The position numbers were made by a program, and so were the translations under genes. A stretch of 64,000 nucleotides of DNA. Source: an uncultured candidate division Zixibacteria bacterium (lineage in GTDB: Bacteria; Zixibacteria; MSB-5A5; UBA10806). Below, piece after piece: positions 33,749 through 44,653 of the stretch (its first letter is position 1; every line of letters begins with the position of its first letter). The stretch is from contig CAWDFP010000006.1 in the NCBI GenBank assembly GCA_963801605.1, positions 1,504,001 to 1,568,000 on the forward strand, read 5' to 3'. The notes below the pieces were generated by a model that saw only the letters and a program-made list of their open reading frames with translations, was not told the DNA's origin and ran no database searches.

Positions 33749-35302
33749 ATGCGATGGTTAATTGGTTCCTTTTGTTTAACTGCGATTTTCATAACGATTT
33801 TTGCCTCCACGGATGCCCTGGCCCAAACCCCGGGTGATACTGTTGGATGGACTCAGTATGATTATCAAGCCAGCTACCCAACCGGCCAGCGGATTACAGT
33901 TGATAATCTCGGACGGGTGCATCTGGTCTGGATATCCAGTTATACCTATCCCGCTAATAGACGGGTTCGTTACGTCTATAGCGATTCATTAGGCGCTTTC
34001 CACGGCTACGATCTTGGCTTGGCCGGAGGCCCCCAACTTGCCGTAAACTCTCAAAATCAGGCCGGCATCATATTCAGCGCTAATACGGGTCTCGAATACT
34101 GGACAATAGATAGCCAATCGCACGTTGCCACTGGCGCTAACTGGCCGAGCTTGTCAATCGATCATCAGGATCGAATTCATATCCTTTATTATACTCCCGG
34201 TTTTATTATTACCTATACCCGTTCGGATGACAATGGCCTGACCTGGAACCCTGCTCAGATCGTCGATTCAACTGATATGCCATCTTATATGATTACCTCC
34301 AGTCCGGTTTCGAATAAAACCGCTGTTATCTTCTACCATTTTGACTCATCATTGCAGCTTTGGACGATTAATTATATTCAATCCCTCGATGGTCAGCAGT
34401 GGGATTGGCAAAATGGCAGACAGCAAGTCGTTCCTCTATATGGCGATCTGAATCCCTACGGCGCTGATTTCGATGCTGTCTATGATTACAACGATGATTT
34501 TCACATAATCTGGAATGCCCAGCGCGGAACCCCTTATGACCCGCCCGATACTCTATATTTTTGCCATTTCGACGCCATAAGAAATCAAACCAGTATAATT
34601 TCGAAATGGGACCCGTTACCTGATCCCCTAATCCTGGGCGCCTGGAACAATGTTATTTGCAAAATGTCGATTGCGGCACAAATTATCAGCTCGCTTCTTG
34701 TGGTTACTTATACCAGATTTAATTCCAACGATGTTTCGCTTGCCGGATTTGCCAACGGCGAAATTTATCTGCAATATTCCTATAATGGTCAGAATTGGTC
34801 AATTCCGGCCAATATTACCAATTCGCCTTCACCCGATTGCGCCGCCGGAGATTGTAATTCGGATCACTGGTCGTCCCTGGCGGAAAAAATCGATAATAAC
34901 CTGCATCTTTTCTATGTAAACGATAAAGACGCCGGAGCTATTCCTCAATCCGAGGGTTCGATCACCACTAACCCTTTGCTTTTTCTTCGTTATCCGGTCT
35001 CTCAACTTGGAATAACCGAAGATGAACCTGCCGCTCCTTCTGAATTTTCGCTCTCGCAAAACTACCCCAACCCCTTCAATGCCCGCACTACCATATCATA
35101 TACCCTGGGAAAAGAATCTGACGTCAAACTTGAGATTTACGATCTCCTTGGAAGACGGCTTGAAACGCTTCAAGACGATTGTGTAGCCGCTGGTAGCCAC
35201 TCAATAATCTGGAACGCGGCAGATCGGGCTTCCGGTGTATATTACTATCGCCTTAAAATTGATGAAAAATCGCTTGCCAAACGATGCCTTTTGATGAAAT
35301 AA
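33749..35302 (+). CDS. Secreted Asp-box protein with QNYPNPFN CTD, paralog 2
   Basis: Signal peptide, RSDDNGLTW, motifs shared with neighbours, CTD. Confidence 0.88.
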   Translation: MRWLIGSFCLTAIFITIFASTDALAQTPGDTVGWTQYDYQASYPTGQRITVDNLGRVHLVWISSYTYPANRRVRYVYSDSLGAFHGYDLGLAGGPQLAVNSQNQAGIIFSANTGLEYWTIDSQSHVATGANWPSLSIDHQDRIHILYYTPGFIITYTRSDDNGLTWNPAQIVDSTDMPSYMITSSPVSNKTAVIFYHFDSSLQLWTINYIQSLDGQQWDWQNGRQQVVPLYGDLNPYGADFDAVYDYNDDFHIIWNAQRGTPYDPPDTLYFCHFDAIRNQTSIISKWDPLPDPLILGAWNNVICKMSIAAQIISSLLVVTYTRFNSNDVSLAGFANGEIYLQYSYNGQNWSIPANITNSPSPDCAAGDCNSDHWSSLAEKIDNNLHLFYVNDKDAGAIPQSEGSITTNPLLFLRYPVSQLGITEDEPAAPSEFSLSQNYPNPFNARTTISYTLGKESDVKLEIYDLLGRRLETLQDDCVAAGSHSIIWNAADRASGVYYYRLKIDEKSLAKRCLLMK

Positions 35303-35404
35303 AAGGCGTGTATGATTGTATTTAATAGATGAAACAAGAATGTAAGGTATTGACGATTAAAATTTTCAAACAATTTTCAGACCTTTTATTAAGGAGGAAA
35401 ACTA

Positions 35405-37183
35405 ATGAAACCTAAAATGCTATTGTTGTTGATTGTGGCAATACTCCTTGCCCTAACCGTCTCGGCTTTAGCGGTCGATATGGTTAAAACCAAACCCTTA
35501 CCGGTAAACCCGGCATATCTCACCGGAGACGAGATTTTGCCGAACGCTTCCTATCATCCCACCACTCCCGGCGTAATCTGCGACTCCCCGGGCGAGATTA
35601 TGGGCTGGACTCAATATGATTACCAGTCTAACGGTTCCACCGGCCGCCGGGTCGTGGTCGATCCCGCTGGCGGATTGCATTTCGCTTGGATGTGTGGTGA
35701 TCCTTTCCCGTCAATTAGAAACATTAAGTATAATTGCTTTACGCCTACTTCCCCGTCTCAATGGCCGGAGGAAGGCATTACGATTTCCTATCGTAACGGG
35801 GCAGGATATACTCAAATCGGCGTTTTGGCCGATGGCCGGGCTGCCGTTGCCTTTCATCAGGCGCCAACTAACGCGGAATCGCTGTTTTGCGCCATAGATC
35901 AGTTCCAGTGCCTCGGTGCTTTTGATGTTCGCCATCCGCCAAGCCGACTGGGAACCCTTAATAAGACAATTTGGCCCTATATTACGGTTGACCGTAGCGG
36001 CCGGATTCACCTCGTTGCCACCACAACTACTACCGGTTTGAGCTACACTTACGAACCCGTGGGATATTCTCGCTCCAACAATGGCGGCACCACCTGGGTA
36101 GCGATGGCCGCAGTTGATACCACGCGGGCAATCTCAACAATTGTCGTTTCCAGCAAGGTGTCCGATAAAGTTGCCATAGTTTATACTCATCCATTCGATA
36201 CCACTGCTGGCAGGGCGGATGTTTACTATATTCAGTCCGCCGATGGTATCACCTGGAATAATTTTACACCCAAAGTGAATGTTACAACCTATCACCGCGG
36301 TGGTGATTCTCTCTATGCCTGGTCCGAGGTTAGTGCTTTATACGATTTCAATGACAATCTGCATATAGTCTGGCCGGGGATATATGTTGCCGGCGCCCCT
36401 AATTCGCCGCCATCATTCTATTATGGCCGTTCGCATATTTACCATTGGGATGCTACCTCTAACTCAATTCATTACTTCGCCGATTTCGATTCAACCTGGC
36501 CCAGCGCCGGTTGCGATATGGCCAGCGGAGGCTTCACTCAAGCCAGGGTTTCTGTAGCTATTGACTCTACGAACAATCTTTTCGTGGCCTATACCAGTTG
36601 GGATACATCGGATTGCTCCCTTACCGGTTTCGCTAATGGCGACATCTATTTGCAAAGTTCGCATGATAACGGCGTCACCTGGTCTCCCAGAGTTAATATG
36701 ACCAGTTCTCCAACTCCGCTTTGCGCCGCAGGCGATTGCGATGCCGATAACTGGTCATCTTTGGCCGAGGTTACCACCACCGGAGGCATGCTCCATCTGT
36801 TTTATGTCAACGATAAAGACGCTGGTGGCGTTGTCAATTCCGAGGGTTCCGCCACTGATAACCCGATGCGTCATATAGAATATCCTACTACTGCCGTTGG
36901 GGATGATATCAGGCAGCCTCTATATTTCTCGCTGGCTCAGAACTACCCCAATCCGTTTAATAGCAAAACAAATCTTGATTTTACCTTGGATAAGCCATCC
37001 CATGTCACCCTGACTGTTTATGATGTTACCGGCGCGCTTATCGCTACTCTGACGGCAGGGGAGATGCAACCCGGCGCCCATTCTGTAACCTGGAACGCTG
37101 ACGGTGTTTCCTCTGGAGTCTACTATTATCGTCTTGCCACAAATACTGGTTCTCAGGTCAGGAAGATGACTCTGCTTAAATAG
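35405..37183 (+). CDS. Secreted Asp-box protein with QNYPNPFN CTD, paralog 3
   Basis: Signal peptide, RSNNGGTTW, SADGITW, SHDNGVTW, CTD. Confidence 0.88.
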   Translation: MKPKMLLLLIVAILLALTVSALAVDMVKTKPLPVNPAYLTGDEILPNASYHPTTPGVICDSPGEIMGWTQYDYQSNGSTGRRVVVDPAGGLHFAWMCGDPFPSIRNIKYNCFTPTSPSQWPEEGITISYRNGAGYTQIGVLADGRAAVAFHQAPTNAESLFCAIDQFQCLGAFDVRHPPSRLGTLNKTIWPYITVDRSGRIHLVATTTTTGLSYTYEPVGYSRSNNGGTTWVAMAAVDTTRAISTIVVSSKVSDKVAIVYTHPFDTTAGRADVYYIQSADGITWNNFTPKVNVTTYHRGGDSLYAWSEVSALYDFNDNLHIVWPGIYVAGAPNSPPSFYYGRSHIYHWDATSNSIHYFADFDSTWPSAGCDMASGGFTQARVSVAIDSTNNLFVAYTSWDTSDCSLTGFANGDIYLQSSHDNGVTWSPRVNMTSSPTPLCAAGDCDADNWSSLAEVTTTGGMLHLFYVNDKDAGGVVNSEGSATDNPMRHIEYPTTAVGDDIRQPLYFSLAQNYPNPFNSKTNLDFTLDKPSHVTLTVYDVTGALIATLTAGEMQPGAHSVTWNADGVSSGVYYYRLATNTGSQVRKMTLLK

Positions 37184-37214
37184 CTGACGCATCATTTCTT
37201 TCGATAATATTTGC

Positions 37215-37246
37215 GGGGCGTACCTTCAACGATACGCCCCCTTTTT
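37215..37246 (+). terminator. Intrinsic terminator
   Basis: GGGGCGTA..TACGCCCC followed by a T-tract. Confidence 0.75.
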
Positions 37247-37247
37247 A

Positions 37248-37560
37248 TTCGTAACCCGCCTTTCAGCAAGTCTATTGTAGTTTATTATAGGTCAAGACCC
37301 CCGAGAATCTTGACTCTTTAAATCTAATCCTGTGATAAACAATATTTTGCAATGCCTTAATTTATTCAACCGTAGGTCGGGTTCCGAGTCCTCTTAGGAC
37401 GAGAAACCCGACAAACCCAGTCTCTTTAATTCTTGCCTTGAAATAAATATTATTATTGCCAAGCCTCCATTTACTCAACCGTATGGGCACATCTCGATGT
37501 GCCCTGCTTTTTTTAAAATTCCATATTCGTCGATTTCGCGGCTTTCGTAACCCGCCTTCC
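37248..37560. repeat. REP-like cluster right of the triplet
   Basis: 41-nt element 37372-37412 identical to 31527-31567; TAGGTCAAGA..TCTTGAC; GTATGGGCACATC..GATGTGCCC; TTCGTAACCCGCCTT twice. Confidence 0.8.
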
Positions 37561-37745
37561 AATCGCTCACAAACACCCGTTTTCTAATGTCGCTAATAAT
37601 ATCGACTACCAATATCAATTATAACCGCCCTGCCAAAAGTAATCTTGACACGGACCTGATTTTTAGCTTATTTGAACGTTTGTTTTGGATGAAAATTGGG
37701 TGGTGTTAATACAGGGCCAATCAGTCCGGTCCGGGGAGAATGAGG

Positions 37746-38888
37746 ATGAAAATTCACGAATATCAGGCCAAAGAAATTTTCGGCAAGTTTTTAATACCGA
37801 TTCCCAAGGGTGAGGTCACCGGCTCTGCTGACGATGCCCGTCAATTGGCTGTCCGCTATGAACGGCCTGTGATGGTTAAGGCCCAGGTGCATGTCGGCGG
37901 ACGAGGCAAGGCGGGCGGTATCAAATACTGCAAAGACCCTGATGAAGCTTTTTTCGCCGCTCAGGATGTACTGGGGATGAATATCAAAGGGCTAACCGTT
38001 AAAAAAATTCTGGTTACCGAGGCGCTTGATATCGTCAACGAGGCTTATGTCGGCATAGTCCTTGATAGAATCACCAAAAAAGCGGTTATTATGGTTTCTC
38101 CGGCGGGCGGAATCGATATCGAAGATGTTGCCAAAAACACTCCCGAAAAGATTATGAAATACGCCGTTGATCCCATCATGGGCCTGCAAACTTTTGAGGC
38201 CACCGAGCTGGCCATGTTTGTTTATAAGGATTTCAAACTCGTTCGCCAGTGCGCTGCGATTATCAGCAAACTTTATAATGTATTTATGGGCTGTGACGCC
38301 TCGCTGGCGGAAATCAATCCGCTGGTCGTCACCAAGCAGGGCCAGCTTATCGCTCTTGACGCCAAAATCAATCTCGATGACAACGCCCTCTACCGTCATC
38401 CTGATCTCGAAACGCCTGCGCGATCTCGATGCCGAGGACCCTGACGAGATGGCAGCCAAACGGGCCGATCTCTCCTTCGTCAAACTCGATGGCAACATCG
38501 GCTGTATTGTCAACGGCGCCGGGCTTGCTATGGCTACGATGGATCTCGTCAAGCATTTCGGAGGTGACCCCGCCAACTTTCTCGATATCGGCGGCTCCTC
38601 ATCGCCTGAAAAAGTTATCGCCGCCATGCGGATTATTACCGATGATCCCAAGGTTCGCGTTATCCTCTTCAATATCTTCGGCGGTATCACTCGTTGTGAC
38701 GATGTCGCCAACGGCATCGTGAAGGCAGTGGAGATTCTCAAGCCAAAAGTGCCGATTGTGGTTCGTCTAACCGGTACCAACGAGGATAAAGGCTCGCGAG
38801 ATATCTGAAGAACGTGGGGATGGAGGCTACTTCCTCTATGGAGGATGTGGTCAAGATGGCACTCAAAATGGCGCATCAGCAGGGATAG
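37746..38888 (+). CDS. sucC: Succinyl-CoA synthetase beta subunit (frameshifts near 38412 and 38803)
   Basis: [49 protein letters not shown]. Confidence 0.94.
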
Positions 38889-38900
38889 GGGATAAAAATC

Positions 38901-39872
38901 ATGGCAATATTCGCAGATAAAAATTCAAAAGTAATCGTCCAGGGTATTACCGGACGAGATGGAGCGTTCCACACTCAACAAATGATTGCTTACGGCACCA
39001 AAGTGGTTGGCGGCGTAACACCCGGTAAGGGCGGCACCGAAATGCACGGCGTACCGGTCTTCGATACGATGGAAGAAGCGGTCAGGAAGACTAAAGCCAA
39101 CACCTCGGTAATATACGTTCCACCGCAATTCGCTATCGATGCCATCTATGAAGCCGCCGCCGCGGGCGTCAAACTGATAGTTTGCATCACCGAGGGTGTA
39201 CCCGCTAACGATATGCTCAAGGTTTATCATTATCTCAAAACCAAAGGCATCCGCCTTATCGGCCCCAACTGCCCCGGGATTATTTCGCCGGGACTTACCA
39301 AAATTGGCATCATGCCCGCCCAGATTCATAAAAAGGGTAACGTTGGCGTTGTCTCCCGTTCTGGCACCTTAACCTACGAGGTAGTTTATCAGCTCACTCA
39401 AAGCGGCATGGGCCAATCAACATGCATCGGCATCGGAGGCGATCCTGTTATCGGCACCAACTTCATCGATTGCCTGGCCGCTTACGAAGCCGATCCCGAC
39501 ACCAAAGCGGTCGTGATGATAGGGGAGATCGGCGGCTCCGATGAGGAGATGGCTGCCGAATTCATCAAAAAGAATATGAAAAAGCCGGTGGTTGGCTTTA
39601 TCGCCGGCCGGACTGCCCCTCCCGGCAAGCGCATGGGACACGCCGGAGCGATCATCTCCGGTTCATCTGGCCTGGCCGCTGACAAAATCGCGGCTCTGAA
39701 CAAAGTCGGCGTGCCGGTGGCGGATATTCCATCGCAAATTCCGGCTCTCGTAGCCGAGCGCTTGAAAGCCAAATCCAAAAAAGCCGCCCCAAAAAAGACT
39801 CAAAAGAAAGTTGCCAAAAAGGCTGTCAAATCAGTAAAAGGAAGTAAGAAAGCAGCTAAGAGGAAAAAATGA
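38901..39872 (+). CDS. sucD: Succinyl-CoA synthetase alpha subunit with Lys/Ala-rich tail
   Basis: [28 protein letters not shown]. Confidence 0.96.
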   Translation: MAIFADKNSKVIVQGITGRDGAFHTQQMIAYGTKVVGGVTPGKGGTEMHGVPVFDTMEEAVRKTKANTSVIYVPPQFAIDAIYEAAAAGVKLIVCITEGVPANDMLKVYHYLKTKGIRLIGPNCPGIISPGLTKIGIMPAQIHKKGNVGVVSRSGTLTYEVVYQLTQSGMGQSTCIGIGGDPVIGTNFIDCLAAYEADPDTKAVVMIGEIGGSDEEMAAEFIKKNMKKPVVGFIAGRTAPPGKRMGHAGAIISGSSGLAADKIAALNKVGVPVADIPSQIPALVAERLKAKSKKAAPKKTQKKVAKKAVKSVKGSKKAAKRKK

Positions 39873-40096
39873 GCGAAGTCGAGGAGAAAAAGAAACTCAA
39901 CAGGCGAACCGACCCGATCCTTATTTACCGGAGATGGTGCAAGGCCTGTGGTATTTGCATAGAGATGTGTCCCAAGACCGTTTTCGATACCGATCCCGAT
40001 GGTTACCCCGTCGTGGCCCGTGGAATGGATTGCACGCAGTGCGCCATCTGCTGGCTGCATTGTCCCGATTTCGCAATAACATCAACTGAGAAATAA
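39869..40096 (+). CDS. korD: 2x[4Fe-4S] ferredoxin, delta subunit of 2-oxoacid:ferredoxin oxidoreductase
   Basis: [12 protein letters not shown] and [16 protein letters not shown]. Confidence 0.85.
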   Translation: MSEVEEKKKLNRRTDPILIYRRWCKACGICIEMCPKTVFDTDPDGYPVVARGMDCTQCAICWLHCPDFAITSTEK

Positions 40097-40111
40097 ATTT
40101 CGAGGTTAGTT

Positions 40112-41285
40112 TTGACTGAAATAAAAACACAACCGACTGCCATCTACAAAGCCAATCAACCGCTTCTGATGCAAGGTAACGAGGCCTGCGGTTGGGGTGC
40201 GTTGGCTGCCGGATGTCGCTTCTTCGGCGGATATCCGATCACGCCATCGACCGAAATAGCCGAGCTTCTGGCGCGAAATTTGCCCAGAGTCGAGGGCCAT
40301 TTCATTCAGATGGAAGATGAAATTGCCTCCATCGCGGCCGTCATCGGCGCCTCGGTTGCCGGAGCCAAAGCGATGACAGCCACTTCCGGCCCCGGATTTT
40401 CGCTCATGCAGGAAAATCTGGGTTATGCCTATATGGCCGAGGTCCCCTGCGTAATAGTTAATGTCCAGCGCGGCGGACCATCGACCGGCCTTCCCACCAA
40501 AGTGGCTCAGGCCGATACCATGCAGGCCAAGTGGGGCACGCATGGCGATTATTATCCAATCGTTTTAGCGCCATCTTCCGTAAAAGAATGCTTTGATTTG
40601 ACGATCCGAGCCTTCAACCTCGCTGAGGTTTACCGCAGCCCGGTCATTATTCTTAGCGATGAAGTCCTCGGTCACATGCGGGAAATCGTCACCCTGCCCG
40701 ATCCATCCGAGGTGAAAGTTGAAATCGCGCGCCAAGCCTATCGATCCTCCGGAATGGTACAAACATTTTGAGGTTACTCCGGATTTTCGTTCGCCCATGG
40801 CCATCTTTGGTGATGGTTATCGCTTCCACCTCACCGGCCTGACTCACGATGAATCCGGATTCCCCACTTCGAAAACCAATGAGATCAAAGCCAAGCTTGA
40901 AAAGCTCAAACTTAAAATCATGAGACACACCGAGGAAATAACGCAAATCCGAACTGATCTCATGGAAGATGCTCATATTATGGTCTTCGCTTACGGCTCC
41001 ACCGCCAGAGCGGCCCGTCAGGCGATCCGTATCGCCCGTAAGAAACGCTTCAAAGTTGGCATGGTGCAGCCGCTCACCATCTGGCCGTTCCCCGATGATA
41101 AAATTGGACCCTTTTTAGAGCAGGTTGATACTGTAGTCGTGCCTGAGCTAAACCAGGGACAGATCATCGGCGAGATAGAACGCTTGAGCCGCAAAAGCGT
41201 CCGGATTGTGCCGCTTCAAAGATACGATGGCGAATTGATTACGCCTTCGCAGATCGTAGATGTTATAAAAGAGGAGCATGCCTGA
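40112..41285 (+). CDS. korA: 2-oxoglutarate:ferredoxin oxidoreductase alpha subunit (frameshift near 40725)
   Basis: GYPITPSTE, QMEDE, TSGPGFSL, QRGGPSTG, ELNQGQ; substrate inferred from sucCD context. Confidence 0.88.
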
Positions 41286-42151
41286 TATGGAACAGTCATC
41301 GAATATCACTCATAAATATCTGCGGTCGAAAAAGAAATTCCCCAATGTCTGGTGCCCCGGATGTGGCATCGGGATCGCTATGGGTGCGCTGATCCGCGCC
41401 ATCGATAGCCTGAGCCTTAAGAAAGACGATGTCGCTGTTGTCTCCGGTATCGGCTGCACGGCCAGAATTCCGGTTTATCTCGATTTCAATACCTTGCATA
41501 CTACTCACGGCAGACCGCTGGCTTTTGCTACCGGCGTCAAGCTCGCCAATCCCAAACTCAAGGTTATCGTCGTCTCTGGTGACGGTGATCTTCTGGCGAT
41601 CGGCGGCAATCACTTCATCCACGCCGCCCGCCGCAACATGGATATCACCTGCATTCTGGTTAATAATTATATCTACGGGATGACCGGTGGTCAATATTCT
41701 CCGACAACGCCGCTCACCAAGCTGGCCTCGACCGCGCCCTATGGTATGATCGAGCAATCGTTCGATCCCGCCGAGCTTGCCAAAGCCGCTGGCGCAACTT
41801 TCGTAGCACGGGGCACGGTTTATCATGCCTCCCAGCTTTCGCGTCTGATGGCCCAGGCCATCGAACGTCCCGGCTTTTCGCTTGTCGAAGTGATGTCCAA
41901 CTGCCACACTCAGTATGGCCGTATGAACCGCGAGGGTAGTGCCGTCAAGATGATCCAATGGCAAAAAGATCACGCCGTTCCTGCTACGGTGGCATCCAAA
42001 ATGACCAAAGAACAGCTTGATGGTAAATTCGTAGTCGGCGTCCTGCATGAAACTCAGAAAGCCGGGCTACGTCGAGGAGTATCAGAAGATAATCGATCGC
42101 TTCCGCGCAGTCCCGGTGGATAAACTTGAGGAAGCACCAACCTCCGGATAA
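41278..42151 (+). CDS. korB: 2-oxoglutarate:ferredoxin oxidoreductase beta subunit (frameshift near 42060)
   Basis: WCPGCG, SGIGC, HTTHGR, GDGD..IGGNH, NNYIYGMTGGQ. Confidence 0.88.
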
Positions 42152-42154
42152 ATC

Positions 42155-42391
42155 AAACTGGGGTGGCATGCTTCCCGAGGTCCTTTGGACGAGGAAAGCA
42201 TGTGTAGCCGTAGCTCAAACCCCTTCGGTCTTGACTATGTAGGTCGGGTTCCGAACGAACCTTGTGAGTGAGAAACCCGACAGCAAGAATTGACATCCCG
42301 GGGTAGGTCGGGTTCCGAACGAACCTTGGAGTGAGAAACCCGACTTCAATAAAATGAATAATTGTAGGTCAAATCTCTTCGGAGATTTGAC
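42155..42391. repeat. REP-like cluster inside the kor operon
   Basis: GGGTGGCATGCTT..AAGCATGT; two near-identical GTAGGTCGGGTTCCGAACGAACC..AAACCCGAC (42239-42281, 42303-42344); GTAGGTCAAATCTC..GAGATTTGAC 42364-42391. Confidence 0.82.
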
Positions 42392-42422
42392 AACCCGATT
42401 TCCAAATAGGACGTGAAACTTG

Positions 42423-42989
42423 ATGAAAGACCAAAAATTCGAACGTTATGAAATCCGGCTCTCCGGTTCCGGTGGTCAGGGGCTGGTGCTTGGCGGAGTC
42501 ATTCTGGCCGAGGCTATGGGCGTCTACGAGGGCAAGAACGTCACTCAAACGCAGTCTTATGGCCCCGAAGCCCGCGGTGGCGCCTCGCGTTCCGATGTGG
42601 TTGTCTCCGATGGCGAGATCTACTACCCTAAGGCCACCGAACCCGATCTGCTGTTTTGCTTGACTCAGGAATCCTGCGATCAATACTATCCGCAGATGAA
42701 AGAGGGCGGCATCCTGGTGGTCGATAGCGAAAAGGTGCGCCAACTGCCATCGACGAAAGCTTATTCATTGCCGTTTATTAAGACCGCTAAGGAGCAGGTG
42801 GGCACTCCCGTTGTTGCCAACGTCGTCTCCATCGCGGCGGTCGCCGGGCTGACCGGACTCTGTTCAAAGGAATCGGTTCTCAAAGCCGTATTGGCTCGGG
42901 CGCCGCGCGGCACCGAGGATAAAAATAAACTCGCCTGTGAATTGGGATATGATATGGGTGTCAAAGCGAGAGAGGGTGAAAATGGCTAA
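42423..42989 (+). CDS. korC: 2-oxoacid:ferredoxin oxidoreductase gamma subunit
   Basis: SGSGGQG, QSYGPEARGGASRS. Confidence 0.88.
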   Translation: MKDQKFERYEIRLSGSGGQGLVLGGVILAEAMGVYEGKNVTQTQSYGPEARGGASRSDVVVSDGEIYYPKATEPDLLFCLTQESCDQYYPQMKEGGILVVDSEKVRQLPSTKAYSLPFIKTAKEQVGTPVVANVVSIAAVAGLTGLCSKESVLKAVLARAPRGTEDKNKLACELGYDMGVKAREGENG

Positions 42990-43389
42990 TCGAACACTAC
43001 TGATAATAAAACCCGATGCCGTTGAGCGTAACCTCATCGGCCAGATCATTGAACGGCTTGAACGTGCCCGCTTCAAAATTGTCGATATGAAAATGGTACA
43101 TCTGACTTATGATCAGGCGCGCAAATTCTACGCTGTCCACGAGGGCCGTCCTTTTTTGGATGAGCTTTGCAAATTCATGTCATCGGGCCCGATCGTGCCG
43201 ATGATCGTGGAATCTGACGGTGATACCATTAGCGGTATTCGCGCTCTCATCGGAGCTACCGACCCGTCTAAAGCCGCTCCCGGCACGGTTCGTCACGATC
43301 TCGCAGTTAGTCTGACCAAAAACTCAGTCCACGCTTCCGATGGCGAGGGCACTGCCAAAACAGAAATCGCCTTTTACTTCTCTCGATAG
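42982..43389 (+). CDS. ndk: Nucleoside diphosphate kinase
   Basis: TLLIIKPDAV, GATDP, PGTVR, NSVHASD. Confidence 0.96.
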   Translation: MANRTLLIIKPDAVERNLIGQIIERLERARFKIVDMKMVHLTYDQARKFYAVHEGRPFLDELCKFMSSGPIVPMIVESDGDTISGIRALIGATDPSKAAPGTVRHDLAVSLTKNSVHASDGEGTAKTEIAFYFSR

Positions 43390-43398
43390 AGAGGAATA

Positions 43399-44653
43399 AT
43401 GCGGCAGAAAATTCCTTATGACGGCGCTTTGGTGGATATCAATTTCCCCAAGAGCGCCGTTGTTTTGAGAGCCCAAAAAATTTCCTCTCTTAAGCGATGA
43501 TGCCGTCAGGGACAAAATTGCCGCCGGTATTATTGACTTTCCCCATTCAGCCAAAGGCCAAAAAACATCTATTGTTATAAATGATGCCACCCGGCGCCTG
43601 CCAACTCCTAAGATACTCCGCTTCTTGTCGGAAATGATTCCGCTTTCGGATGCCGAAATTATTATCGCCACCGGCACCCATCGCGCTCCCTTAAGCGATG
43701 AATATCGATATTATGCTGGGCGATATGCGCCCCTTTTTCGAGGGCAGAATCATCGTTCATGACAGCAAAAATAAATCTTCGCTCGATTATCTGGGGGAGA
43801 CCTCGCGCGGAACGCCGGTCTGGATAAATAAAAAACTGAGTCTATCTGAGAGAATCATCTGCATCAACTCCGTCGAACCTCATTTTTTCGCAGGTTTTAC
43901 CGGAGGACGAAAATCGCTGATACCGGGCTTGGCGGGTTTCGATACCACCGTTGCCAATCACAGTCATGCCAAGCATGAGGATGCTAAAAGCTTGAATCTC
44001 GCCTCGAATCCGGTGCACCTCGATCTCGAGGAAGCCGTTTCTTTTATTAAAGGTAAGAATATATTTTCGATTCAACTTGTTACTTCGCGCCAGGGAGAAA
44101 TCGTCGATTTGTTCTGCGGAATCTTGTCTCAGAGTTTCCGTGATGCCTGCGATAAAGCCCGCGATGTTTATACAGTTGATATTGAGAATAAATACGATAT
44201 TGTTTTCGCCATCGGCGAACCCCCGCTGGATATTAATTTATATCAGCTTCAAAAAGGTCAGGAGCATGGCGCCGAGGCTGTCAAAGATGATGGAATTTTA
44301 ATCGTTGTCGGTGCCTGTAATGAGGGAAGTGGCTCAGATTATTTTATTAATCTGGCCTCAGGATTATCCCGACACCGAACTCGGCTCTTTCAGCTAAAGC
44401 CTTGGCAGACAATCGCTTCGGGATACACAAATTGGTCAAGACCGCCCGACGGTTGCGTCAACATAAAAATCTGGTATGTTACGAAATTAGATGACAGCCT
44501 TATCTCCAAAGTGTATTTTAGTCCCAAGAGTTCGATGCAAGCGGCATTAGATGAGGCGCTTGAAATAAAGGGGCCGAGGCGCCAAAATTGCGATACTTAA
44601 GGGATGCATGTTTCATTGTACCTATTTTAAATAATTCTAAAGGAGGCAATTGA
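43399..44653 (+). CDS. LarA-family nickel-pincer racemase/epimerase (several frameshifts; end approximate)
   Basis: [44 protein letters not shown]. Confidence 0.82.

Noticed and set aside
37992..38876. Long antisense ORFs (here, and e.g. 4891-5637, 41296-42048, 1375-2034)
   Set aside because: Shadows of conserved sense genes with no recognisable motifs.
42239..42344. Two tandem ~42-nt repeats resembling a mini CRISPR array
   Set aside because: Only two copies with a 21-nt gap, the same family is dispersed singly elsewhere, and there are no cas genes.
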